Notes: generated by a model from the letters alone, not told the origin. Counted from the stretch's first letter, positions 38,734-52,915 are shown. The stretch: DNA of 64,000 bases from Camelus dromedarius (GCF_036321535.1 NC_087436.1:81594001-81658000); one strand, 5' to 3'. Program-made: numbers and translations.

Positions 38734-39364
38734 GCATCTAATCTACTCAGGGTTGACTTTATGAAGAATCTGAAATATCATTAATCACTACAGAATAAAT
38801 AAGATTCTAAAATAAGTCAAATGAATGTACATAGTTCTTACATTTTTTCTAGGATTATATTTAATGTGGGGTATGTATAGAAACCCATTCATAACACCAC
38901 GAAAAAAAATCAGAGAAAATGTATAATTACAAAAGTTTGGCTTAAGCTGTCTTGCCCGTGTAGCTCAGATTATCCATAGATTTTAAATGCTTCAGTAATA
39001 CATAAGAAGCTAAGTCATCAGGCAGTATAACTGGGGAGGAAGTGTAAATGATACAATGGTCTTCTCTCTCATTTCCTTGCATTACTTGAAGGGCCTCATC
39101 TGATCTCCACCTGTAGTTATCAAGTTGTGCCCATTGTTAAGAATTACATAAATCAAATAAACAGCTCTATTCCCCAATCATCAGAAGCCTGCAATTCATA
39201 ATATTTACATTAATTAACGATTTATATTAGGTTGGCAGTATGATAGATAGAAAAGATCCCTGAGTGTTGGGACCCCACAGCTCTGTCTTTATTAGTTGTG
39301 GGACCTGAGTAGGTCGCTTAACCTCTCTCTATATCCCCTCTTCACTTGAAAAGTGAGATGGCAC

Positions 39365-39475
39365 GGAGGGGAATAGCTCAGTGGTAGAGTGCATGCTTAG
39401 CATGCATGAGGTCCTGAGTTCAATACCCAGTACCTCCATTAAATAATTAATTAATTAAAATAAAGTAAATTTTTA
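39365..39475 (+). mobile_element. tRNA-Ala(AGC)-derived SINE (camelid vic-1-like) inserted in a MIR
   Basis: A box 'tagctcagtgg', B box 'gagttcaatacc', anticodon arm catgc-ttAGCat-gcatg, AT-rich tail; 16-bp TSD aaaagtgagatggcac / aaaagtgaaatgggac (39349-39364, 39476-39491). Confidence 0.9.
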
Positions 39476-39658
39476 AAAAGTGAAATGGGACCGCACAGAT
39501 TATCTCTAAAGTTCCTTCCAACTCTAAGTGGAAAGAGGCACCATCTACATTTATTGAACCTGTGAGTTAGAGAGTGTTTCAGAAGTAGCAGAAGGGACCA
39601 TCAGTACTTTCCAAAGAGTAGCTCAAAGTTTCCAAAGAGTAGAATACTAGATTATTTC

Positions 39659-39778
39659 TTTTTTTAATTTTTTATTGAAGTACAGTTGATTTACAATGTT
39701 GTGTTAGTTTCAGGGGTACAGCAAAGTGATTCAGATATAGATATAGATACACACATACATATATATGTTCTTTTTCAG
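39659..39778 (-). mobile_element. Short L1 3' end (artiodactyl-type)
   Basis: 'tttttattgaagtacagttgatttacaatgttgtgttagtttcagg..tacagcaaagtgattcag'. Confidence 0.9.
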
Positions 39779-40242
39779 AAGATGTATTTCAATATATCAC
39801 TTCAACTGATGTATTGAAGGCAAATAAAACTTGGGTTAGAGAACAGGAAATTTATTGTTAGAGGAAGGCAGGTGAGATAGACCTAAGAGATGATGACCAG
39901 GCAACAGACAGTCAAATGAAAGTTTAAGCTATGAGGCATAGGGAGTGGAGGAAATGGGAAGCAGCCAGAGCAAATTAACTGCAAAGAGTAAACGGAGAAG
40001 CAGGGCAAAGGCCAGAAGTGAAAAAGAACAGAATGGGAATTATGGAGAGAAAATGCTGAAAAACAGTTTCAGGATTCAAAGACGAAGCATTCCTTACACA
40101 TAGATGAGTCCTCTATTTTAGGAAATTCATGCAAATAACAGAATAAAAAAACTGTCGATGAAAAGGATAGAAGGTCCTGAATCACCCCATGGGGAAAATG
40201 TGAAGCAATGTAATTACACGCTATCAGGAACGTGGACACAGA

Positions 40243-40715
40243 TGCAGCAGACCCTTCTGTTGCCCTCTCCCTCCGCTTATCTCTGATTTTTCAGCCGCTG
40301 CTGCAGTGGACAGCTCCAGCTAGGCTCAGACTTACTTTGGCAGCATTCTAACTCAGGCTGGCACCATACCTCTCCCTACTTCATGGCCCAAGCTTTCTCC
40401 AACTCTGAGAAAGTCTGTTCACCCCCAAGAAAGCTCAGCCTAAAAGTGCTGGAGAGGTTAATGGCCCCAGAGGCAACCTTCAACCAATAAAGGACTGCAG
40501 CCACTGCTCCCAAGCGCTTCTGTCTCAGGTCCTCAAGCTGACAACACTGGGATATCTAATGTTTGCCTCTCAGGAAGTCTTGACCAAATCAAGCCCTTAC
40601 TGCCCATGGTGGAGACCTGTTCCCCTATCTCCCTCTCCCTCTCCTTCACTCCAGCCCTCTGGAATGACCTCTGAAATATACTTACACCCAAGTCCCGTTC
40701 AGTTTCTGCTGCCAC
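40243..40715 (+). mobile_element. LTR16-like ERVL LTR
   Basis: 'ggcaaccttcaaccaat', 'ctggaatgacctctgaaatatacttacacccaagtcc'. Confidence 0.7.
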
Positions 40716-42369
40716 TGTCAGAGTTTTGGGAAATTGTCTCTTTAAAGGAAATTCTTAAAAGTAATAAGAAGTAGTTAAATCTAAAGAACTGTGGTTAGCA
40801 GAGGCATGGATTCTAACTCATTCCCTTGGACAAGTCTATTAACCTGTACAATCTGTGGTTTCCGTATCAGCATCAAGCTAGACATCTTATGCTATTCCGA
40901 TTAACATAGTCTTTAATTCGAAAATGTATCTTCCAATCTGTAGTTCAGAAATTTGAGATCAAATAGGTAAGGTTCTTCTATACCTTGTTTGTTGAAATGT
41001 AATTCCAGTCTCTTAAATTCAACTTTAACGAGAGCCTTCAGGGATTCAAACTGATGTCCATTTTCAGGACTGATGCTTATTTCTATTCCAAGTTCCCACA
41101 CAGTCTGACACCAAAGCAAGTAGAATGTCTACATTTATTGCCAGAAAGAATCGCATTAGTGTCATAGAGTATTAAATAATAAATAATCTACAAGAGTTGA
41201 TTTACTAAATATCTCAATTGTAAACCTGTTCTGTAACTCTAAGACAGGTATGCACTGTCTCATTTGTAATACATCTCATTTTCAAATGCAGGTCTGCAAA
41301 GAATTATCAGATAAATTTTAGATGCCACTGTAAATCAAGTGTTCATAATTCCATAAAATCATCTGTCTTGATCTATAGCAACTGAAATATAGCCCCAAAC
41401 TAATGCCCGTGTTTAAACAGCACGACAGCATGTTTTGAGTCATGGGAAGCTATTTAAGGAAGAGTTTCTGACAATTTTGTTTACAGATCAGAAAGACAGC
41501 AGAAAAAAAATTGCATTTGTTTATCCCTGAAATTTCTCTCCTGCATCAGCTTCCCACTTCTCAGGAGAATGCCTCCCTTATATGTGAAATATTTTAGAAC
41601 ATAATCTAGTCAGCTACTGCACATTCTGCAGAGCTTCTATTTATGGAACTCAGAGAACAAGGCAGCACCAAAAAAGAAGATGTGAAGTTATGAATTCTAA
41701 CACAAATTAATTGGCAGGGAGGAGGCAAACCAACGTGAATAATACCTACACAGAAGTCTAAGAGCCTTCTGCTCAAGTCTGATCTCCTTGCAGAGCTTAA
41801 AAGGCAAAAAGAGTCAGTAACTGGGAGGCACTCCTGTGGCAGAATTCAAGTCCACACTCGTTCATAGGACTAACTACCTTGTTCTGAAATGCCAGCAGCT
41901 ACATATAGCAGAGGTTTGCTGTTGTTAAGAAGGCTGGTATCAGCTAAGATTTATCCTCTATGCTACCTCAGCCCCTTATTACAGACCTGCCCGTGGGGCC
42001 AGTCAGAAGCACCATTTTCTCTCCTGGGGAATTTAAAGTCAATAATTATGGTTTAGATGTTCACCAAGATCATTCAAAATTTGAAATATTTAGGCCAGGA
42101 AAGAGGAAAATAGTACTTTTCAGATTTCAGAGGGAAAAATGAGTACATTTTGAAAAATAGTATTTATGATAGAAGGAGATAAAAGCAGAAATCCACCGCA
42201 CCTGCTGGAGAGGAAATGCTGGTAATGAAAGGTCAACTTCCTCTCTGCTCTCTTTTTTATGGTCTCTTGGGAGCAAATCTGTGTAATCTCTAAGGCTCCC
42301 AATGTGGTCTCACATTTCATTTTTATTGTAAATTCAGAGCAGGCCAGGCAAGGTACAACTGCAAAATAA

Positions 42370-42560
42370 ATTAGAAATAGTGTTTGCCACTCTGTGCCAG
42401 ACAATAAACTAAGTATTTTATGTATGTAATCACATTTAAATCTCACCAAATCATCCTGAATACCCGGAAAACTAACTTGTCCAAGATTATACAACAAGCA
42501 AGTGTCAGAACCAAAGTGTAAACCAGATCTATCAGATTTTACAATCATAATCTCTCCTGT
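42370..42560 (-). mobile_element. MIR SINE
   Basis: 'tgtgccagaca..catttaaatctcac', 'taacttgtccaagat'. Confidence 0.75.
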
Positions 42561-43134
42561 AACAGTCTAAACAAAAACTGAAAATTCTAGAGAGAAAATA
42601 ATTGTAACAGGAAAGAATTCTACTAATGATATACGGAGTTCCCCGTCATAGTCTCTGTGGCATCAGGGACTGATCAGAAGATTCTATACAATAACAAAAT
42701 CATCACCTATTATTTTACTCTTACATTTAACAGTATATTATTTATTATGTACAGAATGTATAAGTTGATTTGGGGATAATCAAGAGAGTCAAACCACCAA
42801 AGACAATATACATTGAAAAACGTCTGCATGAAGCTAATGCCCACCTTAATCTAAAAAGAAACAATCTCCTTTCTAAGAAATTCAAGTGATGTTACAGGGG
42901 TATTTCTTTGCCATACCTAGACTGCAGGATGGAACTATTACGTAGTCTGTTATTGACCAGTTCTAAATGATAAAATTGAAAATATTGTACAGTTTCTCTT
43001 TGTTTGAGGTGGAAAGTTCCCAGGAAAGGTTTTGGAGAAGCAATATCAACATCTGAGCCTAAGAGAAGGGCCATATTATGCGTTATAGCACCTAGTTTCA
43101 TGGCAGAACTGACAAGACATAGAGATAATAATCA

Positions 43135-43305
43135 ACTGTGTACCAGATACTAGAACCATCCATTCAGTGTCTCAGTCCACATAACGACTAGTATGTGTTA
43201 TTACTATTAGTGTCTCCATTTCATAGAGGAAACAGAGGTTTAATGTGGTCAAACGATACTGGAATCACAAAACTTATAAATGGCAAAATCAAGATTTGAA
43301 CACAA
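43135..43305 (-). mobile_element. MIR SINE
   Basis: 'ctccatttcatagaggaaacagagg', 'aagatttgaac'. Confidence 0.7.
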
Positions 43306-43905
43306 GAAGCAGTTTGTTTTCGATCCCTCATGACACATCTCCTTCATAATATTTATTATTTGGACTCAACTTCTAATAGTTACTAGAAAGAGGTGTCCAG
43401 GAAAGAAGAACAACTTTAGGCAGAGATATGATTAGAGATGGAAAAATATTAAATATAACCATTTATTCAGGTTGATCTCTCCTTTGAGGAATTATCTCTG
43501 GTTCATTCTGTGCATAAAATAACCAAATAGGTAGATAGAAGAATATATTCCATCTCCATAAATGTAAGAAACTCACACTATCCATAAAATCTTCTGCCAA
43601 ATTTCTATCATTAACAGCATTATTAATGAGCATGTTTTCCACTCATTTCTTAGTCACTCCCCATTTCAGGAATTCTTGCCTATGAATTTCTTCCACCTAC
43701 TTACAAGTCTGAGCACCTTTTAAAACATACATCTTTATTCACACACAGCCTCTAAAAAAATTGCCTTTCATGGCAAAAACTGTGCCTTTTTAAATTATTT
43801 TTTAGTCTGTAGTCTGCATAGGCTCTCATACTTTAACCATCACATTCTAAATTAGACACTTTTTTGGACAAGGACTTTTACACAAAGGAAATCTAATTTG
43901 AACGT

Positions 43906-44240
43906 TTACACACATGGAATGTAATATTATTCAGCTATTAAAAAGAAGGAAATCTTGCCATTTGCAATAACATGAACAGACATTGAGGTATTATGCTAAG
44001 TGAAATAAATCAGACAGAGGAAGACAAGACCATAAGATCTCACTTATGTATGGAATGTAAACAAACAAACAAAACAAAACAAAACTCATAGATACAGAGA
44101 ACAGAATGGGGGTTGCTGGAGGAAAGGAGATGTGTGCAGGGTGCAAAATTGGTGAAGGGGATCAAGAGGTAAGTTTTGGGGTAACATATAGCATGGTGAC
44201 TATAGTCAATAATACTGCAGTGCATATTTGAAAGTTGCAA
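43906..44240 (+). mobile_element. L1MA/MB-type 3' fragment
   Basis: 'aaggaaatcttgccatttgcaataacatg', 'tagcatggtgactatagtcaataatactg'. Confidence 0.88.
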
Positions 44241-44477
44241 AAAGTCGTATTAGAACATTGTTATTTTTATTATAGTTGCAATGCAGAGTTTTTAAGTAAA
44301 AAAACAATTTAGTGTAGAATGTTGCACCTTAATTCATTTCACCTTAATTGTTTCCTTAGTTTAAACAATGATAAAATTTAGATTACTAATATATATTTAA
44401 CAGTATTAAATGGGTAAATTATTGCAGAAAAAAGGATACATAAAGAATTAGAAAGCAAAAACCCTAGGCAGAATTTA

Positions 44478-45055
44478 TTCACTTGTCAACCAATATTCAT
44501 TGAGCACCTAGCATGTTCATACAGCATGCCCGAGGAATGGTAACAAGAAAGTAACCCTGTCTTTGAGGATTTCTCAAAGGAGCTATGAGGAACAAGAAAA
44601 AGGGACATTATTTTTGCTAGGTTTGAACACATCCAGAAGGTCTTCACAGAGTCAGTAACACTGCAGAACACATGTGACTTACCCAGTCAGAGACTGTGAT
44701 TAGCAGACACAGAATACTCCTGTCAGAAGGAAATGCACAAAAGGACATGGCTGGTTCAGGGAATAACCAGAGTCTCAGATTCACAAGGGCCAGGAAATGA
44801 GGCTGGCAAGACTGTAACAAGACTTGGTTACTGTGGTAAGAAATTTGGACTTTATGGGAAAACCACTGGATGTGTATAAGCAGAGAGAGACACGTCCAAT
44901 CTATTTTTAAAAATTCACTCTGACATTCAAATGTGGAGAAAGCTGAGGCAGGGAACAGGAGGGAGGTAACCGCAGTGGGTTAGCTGAGAAATGGTAAGGG
45001 GCTGAGCTGGGGCAGTAGTGGTTTAGAGATTTAATGGGGAGATGACTTGCCATAG
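44478..45055 (-). mobile_element. LINE-2 fragment
   Basis: 'caatattcattgagcacctagcatg', 'tttttaaaaattcactctgac..tgtggagaa'. Confidence 0.75.
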
Positions 45056-46514
45056 ATTCGCCATCCCTCTTACAATTTCCCCCTAAACATTGAAAAAGGA
45101 GGTCCACAGGATAATAGCCTAAATTCCTTTTAGGAATTTAGTATGCCTCTGGAGTCATCTGTGGTCAGATTCCATTAGATTTTTAAGATGAAATAGCTGA
45201 AAATCCACCAAGTACAAGTCTATAGCTCTTTTCACTATTGGAAAAGAAATTAAGCAATAACAAATAACAGAACTAAAAGTCGACTACATTCAGTAGGGAC
45301 ATAAAATTGCTAATGAAAAGTAGAGTAAACTATTTATGCTAACAAATTATTATAAATATGCCTAGTAGCACAGAAAATATACACACTTACTTGATTTTAA
45401 ATCTACACTGAGTATTTAACCACCTTGTTTCTTGTTATACTACTTTCAGCATTCTTAAATCTACTTTAAGAACATTTATATAACTGTGTAGCGGGAGCAA
45501 ATGTAATGTACAAGGACTCAGAGTCTTTTTATGTCTTTTTAAGTCTTTTTATTTCATGTGCTATGTAATCCATCTGGTTTAAAGTCAGATTATTAAATTT
45601 TACAAATCTTGGAAACCTTGGCTATTCCAAGAGAAATTAACCAAATACACAATATCTTAATTTCTGTTTTTGACTTTTACCACAGATTATCTTACCCTTA
45701 GTTTTAAAAAATAGGAATGTTTTTCTTCAATCAGAGCCAACATCCTGCTTTAACCAATGAAACCTTATGGAATTCTACCTTGTAGTGTTTGACACTCTTC
45801 CCTGAATTACTTGTAGCACTGCTGTCTTTTGCAAATGTTTGAACATTTACAAGTTTCATTCTTGCACTGAATACAGTTCCTTAAAAGACAACATGATCTC
45901 AACATCCTACATGATGCTTAATTAAGTTGCATAATACTGTACATTTTTAAATACTATATTTTTCTAAAATCTCAATAATTATTTAAAGTTTATAAAATGC
46001 TATAAACTCTATTTGTAATCAAACATGCTTCACACATATAAACATATTTACACACATCTTAATCAGCTGGATGAATGCATGTAAGTCTTTAACTCACTGA
46101 TCTCTTAGTTCTACTCTTTTTCATTTTATTACCATTACAGAAATTTTAAGAACACAATTCATCTAGACATTAAATTGCACTGTTACATTACAATTTCATT
46201 TAAGTAGGAAACCAGCACTATGTAATAAAGAGGAAGATGCCTTTTACTATCCACAGCCTGTCACCTTGGGCAAGGACAAGGTCCTGAGCTTGGTCTGGGC
46301 CAGTAGCGAAAAGAGATCCGCATTCGGGGCTTAAAACAGTGTGACTTCCCCTCCCCCACGCCTGTCCTGATCACTTTGTTCTCCTCTGTGCCTCCTGCCA
46401 TAGCCCTATGCAAAGATCCCAAGTCACAAATTCGTTTTTTCTTCTCCTAGTTTTGTTGAATAACCCCCTTCTCTAGTCTTTGCAGGTCATCTCGTTTCTA
46501 CTTTCCCAAAATGA

Positions 46515-46600
46515 ACGAAGAAAGAAAGAAAGAGAGAAAGGGAAGAAGGGAGGAAGGAAAAGGAGGAAAGAGGAGGGAGGAAGAAAGGGAGAGAGGGAAA
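46515..46600. repeat. GA-rich low-complexity repeat
   Basis: Direct sequence. Confidence 0.9.
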
Positions 46601-49600
46601 ATGAATCTTTTTGGGAAAACTTATATTTCTTATGTCTTCCATTGTTTTCAAATGCAGCTACACCCAAAGTTACAAAGATCATTAAGCAATGAAGAGGCTA
46701 AAACAATTAAATCTTACTTAGATAAGGACTGACAGAGGCATCTATTTTCTAGACTTTAAATTTAGTAGAATTTTACATCCTTAATTCAGGAAAGTTCAGT
46801 TATGATGGGCCATCAGAGAGAACACAAGAGTATATGTGTACATGGCTGTGTGTGAGTGTGTGTACATGGATGTCTTTCTCCCTTAAAACGAGTACCTATT
46901 CATATGAGAATGTGTATTGTGTTGTGTTGTTCAGAATAATCAGAACCGTTTTATGGGAAATAATACAACAATAATATGGCACTTATTTTAAGTTTCTATG
47001 CATTCAAATAGAAGTTCATGAGAACCTCCGGTACCAGCTAACTTAAGGAACTCCTCAACCTGATGGGATTTATGAGCTACCCACAAGTGAATCAAAAGCA
47101 GATGCAAGCAGCAGGCTTTCAAGGTAAATTTCATCTTTGTCATTACTTTTCCCTGTCTGCTCTTCCACACCTGAGAGAAGCTCTGGTAGAGACTCAGAGA
47201 AGCAGTAGGGATCACTGCAAAGGAGTCTGCTTTCATTTCTGTATGTTAACTTGATATAATCATAATGATGGGTTAGTATTCCAAATTATTTATCAAAATG
47301 ATAAGCCAATTAAAATCTGTTAAATATATTTGTTGGTATTCCTTCTGGGTACCAATAGATCATGTGTAAAAATTGTATACTATTCATTTTCTTCCTACAA
47401 TTACAGCACAATGCCTAGCATGTAACAGATACTCAATAAATATTTGTTGAATAAAAAAAGGTTCGAAAAAATTACTAAAGAGAAAACAAACATTGTCAAG
47501 CAGTTTATCAATGTTGTGAATGATCTATAATAAAACTATAAACTCAGAGACAGAGGGCAGGTCACTATATATATTAACACCTGAGCTAACGAATCTTTAC
47601 AGGGGAGCTGGGGAGGAACAGTGCCTTCCTCTCTCAAGGTTGACTTAAGCCACTAGGAAAGTTCTGAAAATCAAAGACATTCGACAGCCTTTCTCAAGCT
47701 CCCAGCAAAGCATGAGCTGGAAAAACAGGTTTTTCCAAAGGCAGAGATACTTCCACACAAGGCAGACAGTGACAGAAGTCAGGAAGGACAAACCATCCCC
47801 TCACGTAATGGCACACGGGCAGGACGCAGAACACAGGGCAGACTCGGTCATTTCCTTTGACTACAGGAAATTTCTCTTACGTGATGTATAGGCACGTTCA
47901 GTTTGAATGTGATTCAGAGTCCCCTCTGCACCCTGTATCAGCCTGTAAACTCAAGAGTAGAGTCTCAGCAGAACAAGCCCAACAGAGGGAAAAGGCCCCT
48001 CTGTTTATGACTCCCAGAAAGGGATGCTGAGAGGTACACTCCGAGAGCACAGGTGGTCCTTCGCCCTCACACTCTCACTGACCTGGAAGGCAAAAGGATC
48101 TCCATTGGCCTCATTGCCCTGTTTTTCATTCAGTCAAGACTATGTACTGAGAATTTCCTCAAGCAAATAGTCACTGAAGCCTTTTAACAGGGGATGGCTC
48201 AAGCATTTTTTATCAACAAATCAATCATGAAATGAACCTCCTGAAATAGATTTTATAGTTAATATGAGGAAATGCACAAGGAGACAAATGACTCAGCAAG
48301 TATAATTACCTACAAGGCCTGTTAAGAAGGGAAAAAACTACCAAAATGATTCTTTAAATGGTTTTGCCTATGCTTTTGCTGGGCTTGTAACTGAAATTCA
48401 CTTAATCATTAACTGTATTTGTCTGTCATTAACCTTGCTTTCCACTCCCCTTTCCTTTTACTGATACCTAAACGTAGACTCTAAGATGAAGGTGACAACC
48501 TTACAGTTTTTTCCTAAAAAGGTATGATTAGTGCAGATAGCAGAGCTCTACTCATAGCACACTATTTTTTTCTTCAAATAATACACAAATGTACTATGAA
48601 TGTTTCAAAAAAGCACAAACTAATACAACAAAGTTAAGGTGTTAAAATAATAAAACTTCACATTTAAATGCATTTTACATTGAAATCAATTTAATAAAAC
48701 TTTAAACAAACTTTATCTTAAATAGAACTTTACATTAATACAACTTTAAGCTTAAACTCATCATTTTATAAATCATTCCCCTTCACCAGGAGGATTTTTT
48801 TTTTAATTATTCCCAAAAGTTTCATAAGGTCATCAAACTCATGCTGTGAATTTAAGATAAAGAAGGAAAAAACTTCTGGAATTAATATGTCTTTGAGATT
48901 CAGTAAAAATATATATATATATTCTCAGTAATTCAGCTCTCTACAATAGAAAAAAGGAAAGATACCACTCATCAAATTACATAGAATATTAAAGAACACA
49001 TTCCAACCCACCTTTGTTATGAAGGCACTGTTTGTGGTTTAACACAGCACAGTACCACTTTGGCATTCGTGACATTTCCTGTGCCCTACCTTCCCACAGA
49101 GAAATAGGCCAGTTCATCCTGTAACTTTCCACAAAATCTTTCATAAGAACTCCTTAATCATCTGGAGGTTACAGCAGGGATGTTGGTCCAACTGACCTTC
49201 TAAGACAAAAGCCTAAGGTCAAAATTAAACCTGATTTGAAGTTATACGGAAAAGCAATTTTTAGGGAAGCTTCCCCAAGGCAACTCTTGCCATCTGTAAT
49301 AAATGGGAAAAAAACTGAGCAAATGGAGTGAAATGCACTAAAATATGATTGTCATTTGTTGTAGGTGAGAGCACTCTATTTATGTCTGGTTATACCCAGT
49401 TAAAATTTATAATTATTTGTTCCCAAGATTCTCAAGAGAGAAATCACAAATCAGTATGATCCTGGCCATAGGTTTTGTTTCCAAATTTAATGCTGCTGAT
49501 GTGAGTAATGGCAGTCAACTAATTACTGTATGGCTGTAGAGATTTTTAAAAAGCAACAAATTCTGGAAATTATAATCAAGGATTGTTTATGATTATTTGG

Positions 49601-50029
49601 GGCCATACCTGCCTTCTAGAAAAAGCAATTTGTCTCAAATTTATTCCTCTCATAGAGAACCCCTCTCTGGTCTACCCCCACATTAATCCATTTCCATGAC
49701 TTTTTTTTCCTATCCTGAGTCTGTCATCCAGAATTTCCCAGCTCCTCTCTCCTCACTTTCCCCGTCAAACATCTGGACAACACTGTGTACACCTGCTGTC
49801 TTTGTTTCCTCATCTCCCAGGAGATCCTCAGCCTACTGTGATCTGTCTTCTCGGCCAACACAACAGCAAAGGAGTTCTTGTTAGTGGTAAATGTCATTAA
49901 AATTAACGGACAACTTTCAGCCCTGATCTTCCTTGGCCTCTAGGCTGTGACATGGCTCTAGACTTCCTTTCTCCTCAGAGTGTCTGGACAGCATAACACC
50001 ATGGCTTTCAGAAGAAGGTGGAGAAAGAA

Positions 50030-50262
50030 CCCACAAACTCCGCAGCCAGAATGCCTATGTTTAAGTCAGTTCTGACATCTACTGGCCGTGTGGCTGTCTG
50101 TAAGTCACGTGACTTCTTTTGGACTTACGTATTTTTCATCCACAAAATCAGAGATAACAGTAGCACCAAACTCTCAAGGTGATTAAGCTGATTTAATATA
50201 CGTAAAAGCACATAAAATAGTACCTGATATCTGGTAATTGTCATATACATTTTAGCTTTTAT
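50030..50262 (+). mobile_element. MIR SINE nested in L2
   Basis: 'gataacagtagcacc..tacgtaaaagcacataaaatagtacctgat'. Confidence 0.75.
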
Positions 50263-50279
50263 TGTTTTTGTTATAATTT

Positions 50280-51330
50280 TCCTGTTTCTCTGATCTCTCC
50301 TTCTCTGTTGGTGTTTATCAAGGTTTGTTCCTAGATTCTCTCTTCCCCAGGCTACAGCGCCCTTCTCCTTGCTGATGAAGCCTAAATGGAATCTTCAGCC
50401 CACACTTATTTCTTAAACTTTAAACATACATATGCAACTGCCTACTGGATATCTTAGATTCAACATGTCCACAGCTGAATTCATCTTCCTTCCAAGCCTG
50501 TTCCTCCTCCAGTGTTCCTTTTCTCTAAACTTGCAATCACCACCCACACAGTCATCCAAGCCAGAAACCAGGAATCATGTCTTACTCTGTCATTCCCCTC
50601 ATCTTCCAAATGCAGACAAGTCCTGCAGATTCTACCAACCCCCTAAACATCCCTTGAGCACATCCAGCCCCTTCTCTTCAAACTCCACAGCAGCTAGTCC
50701 AGGCCACCACTGTGTCTTTCCTGGAACGCTGCAGCAGCTCCTTGTCTCTTCACTGTTTGTCTCACCCATCTCTGAACATTTTCCATACAGCAAAGGGAAC
50801 ATTATTCTAACCCTCACATCTGATCATGCTTCCAACCCTGTGCTTAAAACTCTTCTGCAACATAATGGATATGGCACGCAAAGCTCTTCATAATGGAATC
50901 TGGACCGTGCGTACTTCTTAAGCCTCATTTCTTCTTCTTCTTCTCTCTCTTGCACAACTTGCAGCTCTTCAACTTTTTGTCACCTCTGGATCCTCACAGA
51001 TGCTGTTTCCTCAGTCAGAAACTTTCTTCTACTCCACCAGCCTCCTTCCTTCATCCGAGTAATTCCTACCCAACCATCTTTACTCAAGGAGACTTTCTCT
51101 GACACCTAAACTATATTCAGCTCCCTTGCAAAAATACTGTAGCCCCCTCCTGGTAATATTTCTCATATTTTATTTAAATATCTAAAGTAAACATGCACAT
51201 AAATTGTATCATTACAAATTGCGACAGGTGCTATGAAGAGAAATGTCTGTGTCCCTCACCAGACTAGGATCTTATGAGGACTAGACCTTTTCTGAACTCA
51301 GTGCCTAGAATAATAGGCATTCAAAAACAT
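50280..51330 (+). mobile_element. LINE-2 fragment
   Basis: 'caactgcctactggatatc..caacatgtccacagctgaattcatc', 'cagtgcctagaa..taggcattcaa'. Confidence 0.8.
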
Positions 51331-52619
51331 ACATATAAATAGAGAGAGAGAGAGAGAGAGATTATCAATGCTAACAGGAAGAAGTAGGAGGGAGGAAAGA
51401 GGAAGAAAGATAGCCTAATTTTCTACCTGCACTCACTGGTTAGATTCTCTGTGGGCCTTAACTGTCGTGCAAATGCCCATCTTCACACACCAAACCTGCA
51501 CTTCCAACGTCCCCTGAATAGCTTTGATGCAGCAAAAGGTAACTTATAAAATACGTGGGATAACCCCTGATATATACTTTAATTTGGCCAATAAACATTA
51601 ATTATTTGTTGTCTGTGTTACATTGTGCTAGGCATTGAAGTCTGTTCAAACGAAAAGATCACAAAGCTCTTAGAAACTAAAGCTAAATGCCCTTTATATC
51701 AAACATGTTGAAGACACTGGAATATAAACACTACGTGAAGAGTTATTTTTAAAATTTATACTCTGTCCATAATGATCCTGCCTTAGAGTGTAAGGTAACA
51801 GACAACAACCAAATAATGTCACTACAGATAGAAATGAGAGGCTAAGATGTTTCTAAAAATCATTTGGCTTTTCATCTTCTTGCTCTCTTTTTCCCTCCTT
51901 CTCCTCCTCTTCCTTCCTCTCTCCCTCTTTATCTTTATGTCTGTCTCTCTGTCTCCCTGCAAACAGTAATATATCACACAGCTCATATAATGTCAGAGAT
52001 GCCCCCTGAGTTGGAAATTAGTCAAAAGAACTCAAACCAGAATCAAAAGACTTTTCTAACATAAAAAGACAAGCATAATTCATGTTGAAATCAGTATAAG
52101 ATCAAATAATAAATGAAAATGAGCAAAGAAATGTCACACAATAACCTTTCGAAAACAACTAGAACATGAAATTACTTCTATAAATTAATGTCAGATAATT
52201 CCTAAGTTAGGGAAGAATCAATTTCATGGAAGAGAGACAATAAAAATGTTTTAAGATGTTTTCTTTTAAATTAGTGGTAAGTATATTTGGGGAAAGCTAA
52301 ATCACTGTGACTAACTCTGGAAGTTGGCCTTTGCTGCTTGAGACCTGGTCTTAAGCAGAATCGAATGTTTTCACTTAAGCTCAACAACTCTACTTTCTAC
52401 TACAAGCGATTTTCGAGAACTTGTTTGGAGGTTCTATCAAGCAGTTAGGGGCACCCACAGACCCTTGAGTAGAGGGTCTTATCTGGGAAGGTAAGACTTA
52501 GAGGACTTATCCAGGAAGTGCTATCACTTGTATCAAGTACACAGCTTTAAAAGGGACAAACACAGAATCGTGCAGAGAAGGAACACATGCTCATGAAGAC
52601 CTATCAAAGAAGGTCTTTG

Positions 52620-52915
52620 CTTAATAACACTCCAGGAAGCCCTTCCCTTGTCACCCTATCTAAAATTCTAAACCTCTACCATACTCTCCAACCCGCTTTC
52701 CTGCTTTAATATTCTCCTTGACCATTTCAAACATCTAATATACAACATATTTTATTTATTCTTCTGGTTTACTGTCTGTCTGCTTCAACCAGAACATAAG
52801 CTCATGAAGACAGAGATGATCAGAGGTGATTTTTTTAGTTCATTATATTCATTACTGTATCGCCACAGCTAGAACATAGCTAGTATTTAATAAACATTCA
52901 TTGAATGAATAAATG
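52620..52915 (+). mobile_element. LINE-2 3' end
   Basis: 'agaacataagctcatgaagacagaga', 'taataaacattcattgaatgaataaatg'. Confidence 0.8.

Noticed and set aside
39365..39438. Functional tRNA-Ala gene
   Set aside because: TSD, AT-rich tail, imperfect acceptor and T stems, and location within a MIR indicate a SINE
39608..39642. 14-bp direct repeat tttccaaagagtag with 7-bp spacer; also (a.gtcttttt)x3 at ~45521-45550
   Set aside because: Ordinary short tandem duplications from slippage; not CRISPR-like arrays
50432..50893. 153-aa ORF (also 26111-26524, 59639-60070, 25318-25725, 42120-42548)
   Set aside because: All lie in L2, Charlie1, L1M or MIR remnants
52334..52358. Near-perfect 12-bp hairpin ctgcttgagacc-t-ggtcttaagcag
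   Set aside because: Too short for a miRNA precursor; plausible by chance or local template switching
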